DNA from: a virus
Lineage: Duplodnaviria > Caudoviricetes
Virus record (IMG/VR): IMGVR_UViG_3300017754_001396
Coordinates: 282 to 64,281 of that record
Length of the DNA: 64,000 nt
Reading direction: 5' to 3' (one strand)
A program made the position numbers and the translations under genes. This document shows positions 47,343-55,830 of the stretch, in pieces. A model generated the notes under the pieces. It had not been told where the DNA came from. It did no database searches and was given only the letters and a program-made list of their open reading frames with translations. The stretch's first letter is position 1. Each line of letters starts with the position of its first letter.

Positions 47343-48031
47343 TGTCGTTACTAGATTTGTCTAAGATTAAGCAAGTACCTTTGTCTCAAACTCAGTATGT
47401 AAAAACTGAAACAAAGAAGTCACAAATTGTTTTACATCATACTGCTGGAAACTCTTCTGGACCGGGCACTATTAATATGTGGAATAATGACGACAGGGGG
47501 CGTATAGCCACTTGTATAACTATATCAGGTAAAGGATTGAGTAGAGATACATTTGATGGAGAGATTTGCCAAGCATTCTCTTCTAAGTATTGGGCTTATC
47601 ACTTAGGTATTAAACCTGATGTATTCCGAGCTATGGGCGTTCCTTATCAAAGGTTAGACCCATTCGCTATTGGCATTGAGATATGCAATTGGGGCCCACT
47701 TAAATTAAAGGCTGATGGAAAGTATTACAACTATGTAAATAGAGTAGTTCCTGCTGACCAAGTTTGTGAGTTACCTACTCCATACAAGGGACATAAATAT
47801 TACCACGCATATACGGATGCACAGATTGAATCTGTACGTCAGTTGTTAGTGTATTGGAATAAGGTTCATAAAATTCCGCTTACATACAATGAGGATAATA
47901 TGTGGAAGGTGTCTGAGGCTGCTTTATCGGGATTACCGGGGGTATATACTCATAACTCATACCGAAGAGATAAAACAGATATATCACCTCAGCCTAAGAT
48001 GATTGAGATGTTAAAGTCATTAGCTAAGTGA
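47339..48031 (+). CDS. endolysin, N-acetylmuramoyl-L-alanine amidase (Amidase_2)
   Basis: IVLHHTAG, GIEICNWG, YTDAQI, THNSYRRDKTD zinc-amidase motifs. Confidence 0.88.
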   Translation: MMSLLDLSKIKQVPLSQTQYVKTETKKSQIVLHHTAGNSSGPGTINMWNNDDRGRIATCITISGKGLSRDTFDGEICQAFSSKYWAYHLGIKPDVFRAMGVPYQRLDPFAIGIEICNWGPLKLKADGKYYNYVNRVVPADQVCELPTPYKGHKYYHAYTDAQIESVRQLLVYWNKVHKIPLTYNEDNMWKVSEAALSGLPGVYTHNSYRRDKTDISPQPKMIEMLKSLAK

Positions 48032-48032
48032 G

Positions 48033-48173
48033 ATGGCAAAGATTAAATCAGAATCGTTATTATTTCTAAAGCGCTCTAAGGTTTCTCGTCCGGGCGTTCA
48101 TGCTAAGACTAAGACTTCTAAGACTAAGACTAGCAAGAACTATAAGAAGTCTTACAGGGGGCAGGGTAAATAA
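48033..48173 (+). CDS. small very basic protein (46 aa, ...RPGVHAKTKTSKTKTSKNYKKSYRGQGK; not in the ORF track)
   Basis: Translated by hand; recurrent aquatic-phage motif HAK.K.S..K.SKNY.K.YRGQG. Confidence 0.7.
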   Translation: MAKIKSESLLFLKRSKVSRPGVHAKTKTSKTKTSKNYKKSYRGQGK

Positions 48174-48189
48174 TTATTATCTTTATCCT

Positions 48190-48474
48190 ATGGCAAGGAA
48201 TAAATTAGCTGGCACTAAGAAGGGTAAGAGTAGAACTGCTAGGTTCTATCAAGAGAATCCTGAGGCTGCTAAGAAGCGCGATAAGTACAATAAGGAATAC
48301 CATTCTACTGAGGAACGGAAGAAGTATCGTGCTGTCCTACAGGCTATAAACAGGAAGAAGGGAACTCACGGTAATGGTGACGGAATAGATGAGGCTCATG
48401 TCTCAAAGAACAAGACGGTAAAGCAAGCTCAGTCTAAAAATAGAGGAGATAAAAAGAGGAGGTTCTTTGGTTAA
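48190..48474 (+). CDS. basic protein, degenerate HNH-like (start MARNKLAG at 48190)
   Basis: GDGIDEAH...SKNR resembles truncated HNH cores; the upstream in-frame extension overlaps another ORF. Confidence 0.55.
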   Translation: MARNKLAGTKKGKSRTARFYQENPEAAKKRDKYNKEYHSTEERKKYRAVLQAINRKKGTHGNGDGIDEAHVSKNKTVKQAQSKNRGDKKRRFFG

Positions 48475-48611
48475 TCGCCCTCCTCGTTATTGATGTACTT
48501 CTTCTCTTTGGAATGCTTATTTAGTTTGCCATTCACGTTCCTATAGGCTAGCTGACGCTTACGCCTAAGCCAATCAAGATAAACTTTTTTTACAGATTTT
48601 TCTAAGCTCAT
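48471..48611 (-). CDS. small basic hypothetical protein (46 aa; not in the ORF track)
   Basis: Translated by hand; ATG overlaps the stop of 48608..48841. Confidence 0.5.
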   Translation of the reverse strand: MSLEKSVKKVYLDWLRRKRQLAYRNVNGKLNKHSKEKKYINNEEGD

Positions 48612-48841
48612 TTTAACTCTACGTTGAATTTGATATTTACGTTAGGGAAAGCCTCGTTTATCTTCTTCAAGACTAACATACCATGAGCACTCAATCCATC
48701 TTCAACGCTAAGTAGTGTCTTTTCTGACACGCCAATCTTATTAGCAAATGGTTCTGAGTGCATCTTGATATGTGATATCCTTATCATCTCAACTATTTCA
48801 CCTATGTCCTTAGAATTTATGTCAACTAAATATTCTTCCAT
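48608..48841 (-). CDS. XRE-family HTH protein
   Basis: FANKIGVSEKTLLSVEDG HTH. Confidence 0.7.
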   Translation of the reverse strand: MEEYLVDINSKDIGEIVEMIRISHIKMHSEPFANKIGVSEKTLLSVEDGLSAHGMLVLKKINEAFPNVNIKFNVELK

Positions 48842-48856
48842 TCTCTTATTTATTAA

Positions 48857-49255
48857 TTAAAACGGAATGTCGTCATTGCTGCTTGATTTCTTAGGAGCTG
48901 GACTTGACTTAGTCTGTTCTCCTTTAGATGCAGCCTTAGAGAATGTCTTAAACATTGTACAAGATATTTCTCTAGTTTCTTTCTTCTCTCCGTCTTTGGT
49001 TGTCCAAGATTGTGTATTGATACTTCCTTCAAGGTATATCTTATCGCCTTTTTCAATTGATGCGGCTCTCTCAGCTAATTGCGGAATAGCAAATATACAT
49101 CTGTGCCACTCTGTCTTGTCTACCCATTCTCCATTCTTCTTGTAACCATCGCTAGTTGCTAATGAAATCTGGACTAGTTTCTTGCCTGTCTCAAAATCTT
49201 TTACTTCTACTGTTCCTACGTTACCAAGCAATACTACTTTGTTGATTGTACTCAT
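48857..49255 (-). CDS. ssb: single-stranded DNA-binding protein
   Basis: NKVVLLGNVG...TEWHRC...KGDKIYLEG; C-terminal DDIPF. Confidence 0.93.
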   Translation of the reverse strand: MSTINKVVLLGNVGTVEVKDFETGKKLVQISLATSDGYKKNGEWVDKTEWHRCIFAIPQLAERAASIEKGDKIYLEGSINTQSWTTKDGEKKETREISCTMFKTFSKAASKGEQTKSSPAPKKSSSNDDIPF

Positions 49256-49640
49256 CTTCTTCTTCTTTTAAACTACTAATAAAACTATTTACTTCTTTCT
49301 TATTCTTGAGCCACACAACATCCGTGTTCTCCTGTTCCCTTAGGTGATATCGGAGCATCTTATATTTAATCTTGGATACCTCTGTTGGCATCCCCTTCGT
49401 ATCAACGTATATTCTCTTTCCACCGAATAGAACAACAAAGTCAACTAACATTGTTATAGCTCTTATGTTTTGAGTATTATACCGGAACTTGGGTATCAAC
49501 TCAATCTTTTCTTGGAAGATAAATTCTATCCCTACTCTCTTCAGTTCTGCATGGCAGTACATCTCTAGTCGGGAGTCAAACTTAACCCCATCTACAATTT
49601 CTTTTTTGTTTCCGTATTTTCCTTTCTTATTTAACAACAT
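49221..49640 (-). CDS. DUF1064-family PD-(D/E)XK endonuclease
   Basis: KYGNKK..VDG.KFDS.LE...DF...VDTKG. Confidence 0.8.
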   Translation of the reverse strand: MLLNKKGKYGNKKEIVDGVKFDSRLEMYCHAELKRVGIEFIFQEKIELIPKFRYNTQNIRAITMLVDFVVLFGGKRIYVDTKGMPTEVSKIKYKMLRYHLREQENTDVVWLKNKKEVNSFISSLKEEEDEYNQQSSIAW

Positions 49641-50241
49641 AATCCTTACCGTAGACGGTCACAATAATGTTTCCTATGCTACTTGTTGGATACTTAACTA
49701 TAACGCGCTTACGTAGGCTCTTTTCGAATGATTCGGATATCCATAGAAGCATTCTATCAAACCAATTAAGGGTTGACTTTATCTTATCTTCTATAATCTT
49801 CCTTGTCTCTTCCTCGTGCTTCTTATATATCTCCTCTAGTACTTCATTCTTCTTGTACATAGAGAAATCTCTTTCAAGGATAAGCTTTAAGTTTGGCGGG
49901 CTGAATGTATCAGGCTTCATAATCTTTCCATCTTCTCTGAATACAGGCTTGCTGTCAATGCCAAGCTTTGACATATTAGACCTGTGCACTTCATCAAATA
50001 ACATAACTGCCCTGTCGGCTAACCCATATTCGTGGATACTTCCGTAGGTGATGTATAGGATATCCATAAGGGCATCTGCTACATCATTCATGTCTTTGGC
50101 ATCCCTAAGCTCAGCGACTTCTTCTTCTAGTAGCGCTTGCCTTAGTGAGGCTCTTTCATCATTAAGCACGGAAGGAACTTCTGGCATATTTATACCGAAA
50201 GCTTTTTGAAAATCCATGACTTGTAGTAATTGTCTTTCCAT
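49627..50241 (-). CDS. MazG-like/PRA-PH NTP pyrophosphohydrolase
   Basis: LLEEEVAEL...VADALMDILY...EVHRSNMSK...REDGKIMKP. Confidence 0.85.
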   Translation of the reverse strand: MERQLLQVMDFQKAFGINMPEVPSVLNDERASLRQALLEEEVAELRDAKDMNDVADALMDILYITYGSIHEYGLADRAVMLFDEVHRSNMSKLGIDSKPVFREDGKIMKPDTFSPPNLKLILERDFSMYKKNEVLEEIYKKHEEETRKIIEDKIKSTLNWFDRMLLWISESFEKSLRKRVIVKYPTSSIGNIIVTVYGKDYVVK

Positions 50242-50290
50242 CTTGTTTTAATCGTTTAAACCTTGTAAAAATAATAAAAAAATGTTTACA

Positions 50291-50605
50291 CTAATGAATT
50301 GAATAATCAAACTTGTAAGCTAGATTAGAGGAGAACTTGATGTTGGATATACTCTCAAGTTTAAATATCATGTTTGAAATATCTCCTGACTTTATATGTT
50401 TCTCATAGATATGTGAGTTCAACCTATCTGCTATTCTCTTAGTTGGTATCTTACCATCCAATAAAGTTATTGGGTACTTCTCAAGCATAAAGTTTCTCGT
50501 GAAGTATTCCTTGTTCTTTTTTGACCTCGTTGGAATCTTAACTGATATATGTATATCTGCTATGTATAGCTTAGGATAGTCATCCTCGTCAAATATATCA
50601 AACAT
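50291..50605 (-). CDS. hypothetical protein
   Basis: 104-aa ORF in the tightly packed - arm. Confidence 0.6.
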   Translation of the reverse strand: MFDIFDEDDYPKLYIADIHISVKIPTRSKKNKEYFTRNFMLEKYPITLLDGKIPTKRIADRLNSHIYEKHIKSGDISNMIFKLESISNIKFSSNLAYKFDYSIH

Positions 50606-50810
50606 CCTTACTCAGTTTACATTCTTCCGTATGCTCTCCTTTCTTACCGCATGAATCACAAATGAAAGGCCAGTAGAAGTCACATTTACCTGTCTTGTCT
50701 GGTCCAAAAGAACCGTAGGACTGCCAATATTCATCTGCCTTTGACATATATCTAAAGCAGGTTTGTTTTTTTTGGCACATCTTGTTTTCACATTTTGCTA
50801 TATCTGTCAT
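50598..50810 (-). CDS. small Cys-rich (Zn-binding) protein
   Basis: DIAKC....C..K..C.RY...C...CxxC...H...C. Confidence 0.6.
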   Translation of the reverse strand: MTDIAKCENKMCQKKQTCFRYMSKADEYWQSYGSFGPDKTGKCDFYWPFICDSCGKKGEHTEECKLSKDV

Positions 50811-50868
50811 TCTATTCTGTTTTAATTACCGTACTATTGTTACGCATAGCCATTAGTTAGCCACCATA

Positions 50869-51252
50869 TTAAAGAGGCTGCGCAATCTGCTCACGACATA
50901 TCATATAAAATACATTTCGAGCCAATGCCCCCAAATCATAAAAATCCTTTGAAGGAATTTGATTTAGTTCTAATAATTCTGGAATAGCAATAAACACATC
51001 TTCTGAAATTAAAACATTCAATTGCTCATAAGTAAATTCTTTTACTGTATCGTGTGTTTTGAAATATTTTTGTTGTAAATATTCCGAAAATGCTTTTAAT
51101 GACTTATCAATATCAACCTTTGCTCTATGTTGGTTTCCTGCAAGCCAATAAGCCATTGCCCCTGTAAAATCACTTAGCATCAAGTGAAATGTTTCATTTC
51201 TAAAACTCTCACTAATTTCTCTGTTTGTTAAACTAAATTTTGTCTTTTCCAT
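50869..51252 (-). CDS. hypothetical protein carried on an integron-type cassette
   Basis: 127-aa ORF bracketed by GTTAGCCACC (51297-51288) and GGTGGCTAAC (50865-50856). Confidence 0.7.
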   Translation of the reverse strand: MEKTKFSLTNREISESFRNETFHLMLSDFTGAMAYWLAGNQHRAKVDIDKSLKAFSEYLQQKYFKTHDTVKEFTYEQLNVLISEDVFIAIPELLELNQIPSKDFYDLGALARNVFYMICREQIAQPL

Positions 51253-51290
51253 TTTTATTTGTTTTTAAAATTAAATTACTAAAATACGGT

Positions 51291-51385
51291 GGCTAACAAA
51301 GGTTATAAGTAATGCAGCCACCAAGTGTAGTGCTAATTTGATACGGTATACAAGGCTACACTACTCATAACCTCAACCGTTATAC
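51291..51385 (-). mobile_element. attC-like recombination site (95 bp)
   Basis: R''-like GTATAAC containing the upstream stop codon, 20-bp inner inverted repeat (17/20 match), R'-like GTTAGCC. Confidence 0.65.
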
Positions 51386-51580
51386 GCCATCCTGAACGAT
51401 ATACGACCTACTTTTTTTGTCATAAGTAACATTTTCTTTTGGTATTATTTTTACCTCACTGATTAATATCTTACAAGGCTCATCTAAAAACCAAATATAT
51501 TCAGGGTCGCTTTCTTGTATTATACCAGCTTCGCAGTATTTCGGTCTTATTCCTTTTGGTTGAAAATAAATCACATCCAT
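51380..51580 (-). CDS. hypothetical protein (likely start MDVIYFQPK at 51580)
   Basis: ATG adjacent to the upstream stop; its own stop lies in the attC R'' box. Confidence 0.55.
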   Translation of the reverse strand: MDVIYFQPKGIRPKYCEAGIIQESDPEYIWFLDEPCKILISEVKIIPKENVTYDKKSRSYIVQDGV

Positions 51581-51581
51581 T

Positions 51582-51893
51582 CTATTCTTTTTTAAAGTGT
51601 TCAACATCAATAGTACCATCCCTGTATTCGGTTACTATTGTCTCTGATTTAAAGGTTTCGTTGTAGTATTGTTCAGCGTATTGAATATATTCTTGACTTG
51701 TTTTTGAACCTTGTTTTACACCTTCAATATGGCAATGCCATGCGGTTCTCATTATCTGCTCTTTCTCCATTTCTTTGGCTTGTTTAAAATATTCATTATA
51801 AAGGTCTAAATGTAAACTTAAAGACCTTTCATTTCTTGTAGCTTCAAGTTCTCTTATTTCAATCTCTAACCACTCTACTGCTGTCTGTTTCAT
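51582..51893 (-). CDS. hypothetical protein
   Basis: MKQTAVEWL...QAKEMEKEQI family common in Flavobacteriia phages. Confidence 0.6.
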   Translation of the reverse strand: MKQTAVEWLEIEIRELEATRNERSLSLHLDLYNEYFKQAKEMEKEQIMRTAWHCHIEGVKQGSKTSQEYIQYAEQYYNETFKSETIVTEYRDGTIDVEHFKKE

Positions 51894-52144
51894 AATTTCT
51901 CTATTTCTTTTTTAACTTCTTGCCAGTATTCCACATTATGTATATAAGTAAATTCTCCATTTGATAAGTCTACTAATACTTCTATTATCTCATCAACTGC
52001 AATTAATGCGCATTGTTTGGCATGATTCCACGCTTGTTTTGGAATATAATTTTCTTCATCTTCATATCTTCTTGAAAAATACATTCTATCAACTAACTCT
52101 TCCGCTTTTTCTTTTGGTGTCATGTCACTTAGATTTAATTTCAC
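51890..52144 (-). CDS. hypothetical protein
   Basis: MTPKEKAEELV...AKQCALIAVDEII...YWQEVKKEIEKL family. Confidence 0.6.
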   Translation of the reverse strand: MKLNLSDMTPKEKAEELVDRMYFSRRYEDEENYIPKQAWNHAKQCALIAVDEIIEVLVDLSNGEFTYIHNVEYWQEVKKEIEKL

Positions 52145-52343
52145 TCTTCAATTTTTCTAGGTATAGTACGGCATCCATAAGCTCCTCTTGTAAGTGCTGC
52201 ATCCAGTCTGATATGGATAAGTCGTTGCGTTCTAAGGTTGTATTGTACTTTTTGATGCCTACTCTTGAGCGGTATTTGTACTTTGCTATAACGGATTCAA
52301 CGTGCCTATCGGGTGATGAATCAAAGTCGTGTGTAATGTTCAT
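52125..52343 (-). CDS. small all-alpha NTP-pyrophosphatase-like protein
   Basis: G..KY.TTL.R.D...W..H..EELMDAVLY. Confidence 0.5.
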   Translation of the reverse strand: MNITHDFDSSPDRHVESVIAKYKYRSRVGIKKYNTTLERNDLSISDWMQHLQEELMDAVLYLEKLKSEIKSK

Positions 52344-52690
52344 TTTAATAAATCAATTAATGGTAATAATATTCCTTTACTTAAGTTGTTGTCTCCTCCA
52401 ACAGTATCTCTACTTGTCTTTAGATACACTCTGCATTTTTCTTTTAGCTCTAATGTGTCCACAAATATAAACCTTGTATCCGATATGAAGAAACAATAGT
52501 AGTCAGATTCGGTAGTTGATATACCTGAAGGCTTGCCTCTGCATTCATACTCAACAAATGTGTTTCCTGTTACGAGTGCTTTAAAGTCTCTCTTGACTTC
52601 AACCTTTTTGTTTGTGAGAACATCTGCTAGCATCATCTCTGTCAGCTCGCCTATACTTAGGTCAAATTTAAAGTTAGAGTTTCTTTTCAT
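52340..52690 (-). CDS. restriction-endonuclease-like PD-(D/E)XK protein
   Basis: VEVKRD...TGN.FVEY...KPSGI.TT.SDY. Confidence 0.6.
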   Translation of the reverse strand: MKRNSNFKFDLSIGELTEMMLADVLTNKKVEVKRDFKALVTGNTFVEYECRGKPSGISTTESDYYCFFISDTRFIFVDTLELKEKCRVYLKTSRDTVGGDNNLSKGILLPLIDLLK

Positions 52691-54069
52691 TAGAAGTCTA
52701 TGTTTGGTTGTATCTGAGTCTGATGATAAGTATCAAAGTAATTATCGGGCTCATTAGGATTTTTCCATGCGGGGATGTTTGAATCAAATCTAAGGTAGAT
52801 GTCTTCAAGCTCTCCGTCTCTGTGCTTAGCAATGATTGCATAGCCATCATCTTTTAGCGGGTTAGATTCTCTCTCTTCGGGGCTCATGTAGTAACCATTT
52901 CGGTATAGGAATAGAACGATGTCTGCATCTTGTTCTATGTCACCTGACTCTCTAAGGTCGCTAAGCATTGGCTTCTTGTCTGTCCTGTGCTCTACTGCTC
53001 TTGATAACTGAGCGAGTGCTACGACAGGAATCTTTAATTCATTAGCCATATCTTTTAGCTTCCTTGATACATCACCTACCTCATTGGTTCTATTCTGTGC
53101 GCCCGGAGATGTTATCTTCTGTATGTAGTCTATCACAACATAATCTAATCCCTCTGAATACTTCATCTTGTAGACAAGAGATAACACATCAGATATGGTG
53201 AATGACCCTGCAACAATCTTGATGTTTGAGTCAGCTATTCTATTCTTAGATGCTTCGAATCGTCCTATCTCGTTTCTCCCTAGCTCTCCTCGTTTAAGTG
53301 AGTAGCCGGGGATGCCGCTGTCTACGGATACAATTCTTTTCATTAGCTGTACCTCATCCATCTCACAAGAAATAAACAAGCCCTTGTGATTGTTCCTGAT
53401 GCTTGCGCTTCTCATTATTCCGAGAGCGAATTGTGTCTTACCCATAGCTGGTCTAGCTGCTACAATAATTAGGTTTGTCGGCTGCATACCTGAAGTTACA
53501 ATGTCGTATCTATCATAACCTGTCTTTATTCCGCTTACACCTCTCTGCTCAGAGGCTTCTCTCATCTTTATCTCAAGTTCATTAAGGAGCTCTTTGTTGT
53601 TCCTGTCTTTCTTATTTATTAGCGCCTTGTACTTGTTATCTAAGATGTGGTTCTGCATCATATCTATAACCTTCTTAGGGTCATAGTCATCAGCGTAAGC
53701 TATCTGTTCAATCTTTTTGGCAAAGTCAATGTGCTCATTCCGTACACTCTCAGCAAGTAGGAAGATGATTGCATTACTTAGTTCTAGTTTCTCTTGCGAG
53801 TTGAACATAGTGTGAATGGTCAGTAATTCCTGAAGAGCTAGTTGTTTGTGTAATGATTTCTTTTTGTTTAGTGTGCTGTAAACTGATATAAGATTGATTG
53901 GATTCTGTGACAGGTATATTTCAAGGATACACTCAAATATCAACATATGTATTTGGTTGTGGAATGAATCCTTAGATACCTTGGACATGACCTCATGTAT
54001 GCAACTTGGTTCAGTCAGTATGGCGTTAAGCACTAACTGTTCTGAGCGGGTTTGCATTGATGTCGTCAT
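52690..54069 (-). CDS. dnaB: replicative DNA helicase
   Basis: AARPAMGKT Walker A; VIDYIQ; LAQLSR; DLRESGDIEQDAD; IAKHRDG. Confidence 0.95.
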   Translation of the reverse strand: MTTSMQTRSEQLVLNAILTEPSCIHEVMSKVSKDSFHNQIHMLIFECILEIYLSQNPINLISVYSTLNKKKSLHKQLALQELLTIHTMFNSQEKLELSNAIIFLLAESVRNEHIDFAKKIEQIAYADDYDPKKVIDMMQNHILDNKYKALINKKDRNNKELLNELEIKMREASEQRGVSGIKTGYDRYDIVTSGMQPTNLIIVAARPAMGKTQFALGIMRSASIRNNHKGLFISCEMDEVQLMKRIVSVDSGIPGYSLKRGELGRNEIGRFEASKNRIADSNIKIVAGSFTISDVLSLVYKMKYSEGLDYVVIDYIQKITSPGAQNRTNEVGDVSRKLKDMANELKIPVVALAQLSRAVEHRTDKKPMLSDLRESGDIEQDADIVLFLYRNGYYMSPEERESNPLKDDGYAIIAKHRDGELEDIYLRFDSNIPAWKNPNEPDNYFDTYHQTQIQPNIDF

Positions 54070-54491
54070 TATCCTTTTACATTAAATTTCGGGGCAACAA
54101 AGGTATTCTTTTCTTCGACTTGTTGAATATTAATCCACTTATCAATCTGCTCTATGCGTGAGAAATATTCTAGCGTACAATACTTGTAGCCATTCTCGCG
54201 ATGAAAGTCATCGTCCTTAGCACTTGACATAGCTTGTTTAACATCATCCAAAGAATAATACCTGAGTATCTCCCTGTACTTGTTAGCAACCTTCTTACTT
54301 ATTATCCTAGACCTTTTGTTGAAGATGACATTAAAGGTCTCAATTAGGACAGAAACATCTCCTTCAGAGTCAGCCTTTACAAGCTTTCTGAAATCCTTTT
54401 CTGCCGCATTTAAAATCTTGACCTTCTCATCATCCGAAAAGATTCCGAATATCTCATCCAAAACCTTTTCAAGATTAAGAAATTTACTCAT
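54069..54491 (-). CDS. putative replication initiator/helicase-loader partner
   Basis: Directly upstream of dnaB; C-terminal domain FH....Y..T.EY..R...DKW typical of phage replication proteins. Confidence 0.5.
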   Translation of the reverse strand: MSKFLNLEKVLDEIFGIFSDDEKVKILNAAEKDFRKLVKADSEGDVSVLIETFNVIFNKRSRIISKKVANKYREILRYYSLDDVKQAMSSAKDDDFHRENGYKYCTLEYFSRIEQIDKWINIQQVEEKNTFVAPKFNVKG

Positions 54492-54492
54492 A

Positions 54493-54843
54493 TCAAGATT
54501 CTAAATAGTCTTTAATACATGATGTGTTCTTGTTGTAGTCTCTACTGATTTTCCTCTTATGTATGTGATGAAGAACTGTGGTGTGGTCACAATCTAGAAG
54601 CTTACCTATTGATGTAGTTGTCTTGTACTTAAGCATCTTGTTTTTGTTTTCTTGCCACCATTTCAAGAAGTAAGTAACCCTATCCTTCAAATCCATGTGT
54701 CTTCGTTTCTCATTTAGTGCGTAAGAACTTATAACCATCTCACATAAAAGGTCATATCTAGTACCATATTCTTCATCTCCCTTGATGAATAGACCATTGT
54801 TGTATATCCAGTTCTCCCAAAGGTCAAGATTGTTTTTCTCCAT
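54493..54843 (-). CDS. DnaA domain IV-like HTH protein
   Basis: SIGKLLDCDHTTVLHH matches the DnaA IG..F..RDHTTVLH motif. Confidence 0.7.
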   Translation of the reverse strand: MEKNNLDLWENWIYNNGLFIKGDEEYGTRYDLLCEMVISSYALNEKRRHMDLKDRVTYFLKWWQENKNKMLKYKTTTSIGKLLDCDHTTVLHHIHKRKISRDYNKNTSCIKDYLES

Positions 54844-55354
54844 AATACATTATTTTTTTACCTAGGTTATCTAAATAGTTAACTATGTAATCAATTCCGT
54901 GACCATTAGCGTCCTTTATGTCAATGATTCCCTTATATTGTTTATCTACTTGGGTAATCACATCTGATGTGTACTTATGGATGAACATAGGGTAGAAAGT
55001 AAATCTGTTTTCTTCCATCTCTTCCACGTCATTCATTGCACTCTTGAGCTTAGCATAGAAGATTACTAGGTCTGTCCTTTCTTTTGTGCCAGCGCTTACA
55101 TCCTTAATGGACTCCTCGAATTGTGAGTAGACATCAACAAACGTCTTGTCATCTTCTTCTACCAATGACTTCATAAGAGCATCGGTGTGAATCTGTATGA
55201 GCTTAGCCCAGTTTGAACTTATTCGTTTGAAGTTAAACTTGAAGTACTTGGACTCATACATTATGGAATCGAATTCATTAAGGGCGGAAGATAACTTCAC
55301 TACCGCCCTGAGAAGCCTAATGGTATCGGCATTCACTTTATTTTCTTCACTCAT
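54824..55354 (-). CDS. hypothetical helical protein
   Basis: 176-aa ORF in an overlapping operon. Confidence 0.6.
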   Translation of the reverse strand: MSEENKVNADTIRLLRAVVKLSSALNEFDSIMYESKYFKFNFKRISSNWAKLIQIHTDALMKSLVEEDDKTFVDVYSQFEESIKDVSAGTKERTDLVIFYAKLKSAMNDVEEMEENRFTFYPMFIHKYTSDVITQVDKQYKGIIDIKDANGHGIDYIVNYLDNLGKKIMYYGEKQS

Positions 55355-55830
55355 TCCTTTGGCATATTTACAGCGATAGTAGTACCGCCCGGTTTCTTAA
55401 TCTTGGCTGGTTCAATAATAACTCCATCCATGTCTACCATTTGCTCATGATTCAAAGCTTCAACCATTTGTGATTCAATGTATTTCATCTTCTTCTTGGT
55501 TGCTTCTAGGTGAGCGTTAAGCATAGCCCATTCTGTATTGTGAGAGAAGTCATAGGTGGTAGCCGTTGACTTGACCTGAACAGTACATCCTAGTACCTTG
55601 TCTTCTGTTGTGTAATTAGCAGCATCTCTGATAGCCATATCCTTGAGCCCGTCAACAATAGAGTTTGCTATTTCAGCTAGACCCTTAGCCTTTACGTATT
55701 GCTCAAGAGCATACTCATTACCTTGTAGTACATTCTCAACAATAGATTGAGCCATTACAGCTACAGTTTCTTTAGAGAGTCTCCCTAAGTTAATAGAGAG
55801 ACCCGTTTCTTTAGTTTCAAAAATATCCAT
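55351..55830 (-). CDS. conserved phage protein adjacent to the recombinase
   Basis: 159 aa; YDFSH..EW coiled-coil motif. Confidence 0.55.
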   Translation of the reverse strand: MDIFETKETGLSINLGRLSKETVAVMAQSIVENVLQGNEYALEQYVKAKGLAEIANSIVDGLKDMAIRDAANYTTEDKVLGCTVQVKSTATTYDFSHNTEWAMLNAHLEATKKKMKYIESQMVEALNHEQMVDMDGVIIEPAKIKKPGGTTIAVNMPKE

